Origin: Chiloscyllium plagiosum
Lineage: Eukaryota
NCBI RefSeq assembly: GCF_004010195.1
Contig: NC_057720.1
Location: 8,699,866 to 8,721,163 of the forward strand
Reading direction: 5' to 3'
Length of the DNA stretch: 21,298 nucleotides
The position numbers and the translations under genes were made by a program. This document shows, piece by piece, positions 20,102 to 21,298 of this stretch. The notes beneath the pieces are model-generated. The model saw nothing but the letters and a program-made list of their open reading frames with translations, searched no databases and was not told the DNA's origin. How positions within the stretch are numbered: position 1 is the stretch's first letter; the number at the start of each line of letters is the position of its first letter.

Positions 20102-21251
20102 CCCCAATTTCTTTAGTCATCCAGCGTTCCCTATACCTACTAGCCTTCCATTTCACCCTGACAGGAATATACTTTCTCTGGATTCTTGTTACCTCATTTC
20201 TGAAGGCTTCCCATTTTCCAGCCGTCCCTTTACCTGTGAACATCTGCCTCCAATCAGTTTTCGAAAGTTTTTGCCTAATACCATCAAAATTGGCCTTTCT
20301 TCAATTTAGAACTGCAACTTTTAGATCTGGTCTTCCTTTTCCATCACTATTTTAAATCTAATAGAATTATGGTCGCTGGCCCCAAAATGCTCCCCCACTG
20401 ACACCTCAGTCACCTGCCCTGCCTTATTTCCCAAGAGTAGGTCAAGTTTTGCACCTTCTTTAGTAGGTACATCCACATACTGAATCAGAAAATTGTCTTG
20501 TACACACTAAACAAATTCCTCTCCATCTAAACCTTTAACTATGGCTGTCCCAGTCGATGGTTGGAAAGTTAAAATTCCCTACCATAACTGCCCTATTATT
20601 CTTACAGATAGCTGAGATCTCCTTACAAGTTTGTTTCTCAATTTCCCTCTGACTATTAGGGTGTCTATAATACAATCCCAATAAGGTGATCATCCCTTTC
20701 TTATTTCTCAGTTCCACCCAAATAACTTCCCTGGATGTATTTCCGGGAATATCCTTCCTCAGCACAGCTGAAATGCTATCCCTTATCAAAAATGCCACTC
20801 CCCCTCCTCGCTTGCCTCCCTTTCTATCCTTCCTGTAGCATTTGTAGTCACAAAACTCACACACCAAACACAGTTCAAAAACAGTAGCCAGGTGCTAATG
20901 ACATTAGCATTAATGTAAAAGGCAATAGTCACCCTGGAGAGATACCCCCAACAACTTATTCATTAAACAAAGGAGAACCCACACAGAAAGGCACTGGCTC
21001 CTGCTACACAAAGAAACAGACAGTAGCATGCCATCCAAAAAATAATGTATCAAACTATTAAATGTATCTCCCTGACTGGTCAAAACAATAGAAAGTTCCA
21101 GAAAACTCCCTGAAAGGTATAAATACAAGGTTCATTTGCAAACCCCTCTTTTATAAGGTCTTGGAATCTTCTGAGGTCTTCTGAGGAAAGTAGCATGGTA
21201 AGAGGCAGAGGCCATTCAGAGGCAGGAGGAAAGCAGCTTCTGCAAGCCACC

Positions 21252-21298
21252 GAGAGAGAGAGAGGGAGAGAGAGAGAGAGACAGAGAGAGAAAGAGAG
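21252..21298 (+). repeat. Imperfect (GA)n microsatellite
   Basis: gagagagagagagggagag.. running to the window end. Confidence 0.95.

Larger units (their letters stand above)
18283..20845 (-). mobile_element. Large, relatively young 5'-truncated CR1 LINE (APE endonuclease to 3' tail) spanning an assembly gap
   Basis: Endonuclease motifs RKDRKGGKRGGGVAFLI, LGLYYRHPNS and VMVGNFNFPTIDW; KENPKGFYKYIKDKR; LEYCVQFWSPSY..RLNRLGLFFLE; (agtcatag)n tail. agtca occurs at both ends (18283-18287, 20846-20850). Continuity across the gap is inferred. Confidence 0.88.

Noticed and set aside
1..21298. CRISPR array, operon or other prokaryotic system
   Set aside because: No regularly spaced direct repeats or dense coding; the content is vertebrate retroelement DNA.

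Overview
Eukaryotic, repeat-dominated, apparently non-coding window. From the repeat families I infer a cartilaginous fish (shark), and an 823-N gap at 18822-19644 suggests a scaffolded draft assembly. No host protein-coding gene can be supported: the ORF-track entries with recognisable content are pieces of dead non-LTR retrotransposons or read-through of short repeats. The window holds many CR1-clade LINE fragments (two large: 10133-12240 +, and 18283-20845 -), a second LINE family whose 3' tail is shared with tRNA-derived SINEs, a Rex1/Babar-type LINE 3' end, possible LTR remnants and a (GA)n microsatellite. The most interesting signal is about ten short (80-270 bp) insertions from at least three sequence-distinct families. 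Nine carry a complete or decayed minimal hammerhead-ribozyme core (CUGANGA-A-stem II-GAAA-short palindromic stem III-NUH) with co-varying stem II sequences. These nine are flanked by 9-18 bp target-site duplications (some degenerate). Six are fold-back palindromes, up to 83 bp perfect arms, with an unpaired ~33-38 nt tail on one arm. This matches non-autonomous derivatives of Penelope-like elements, and two copies look very young.
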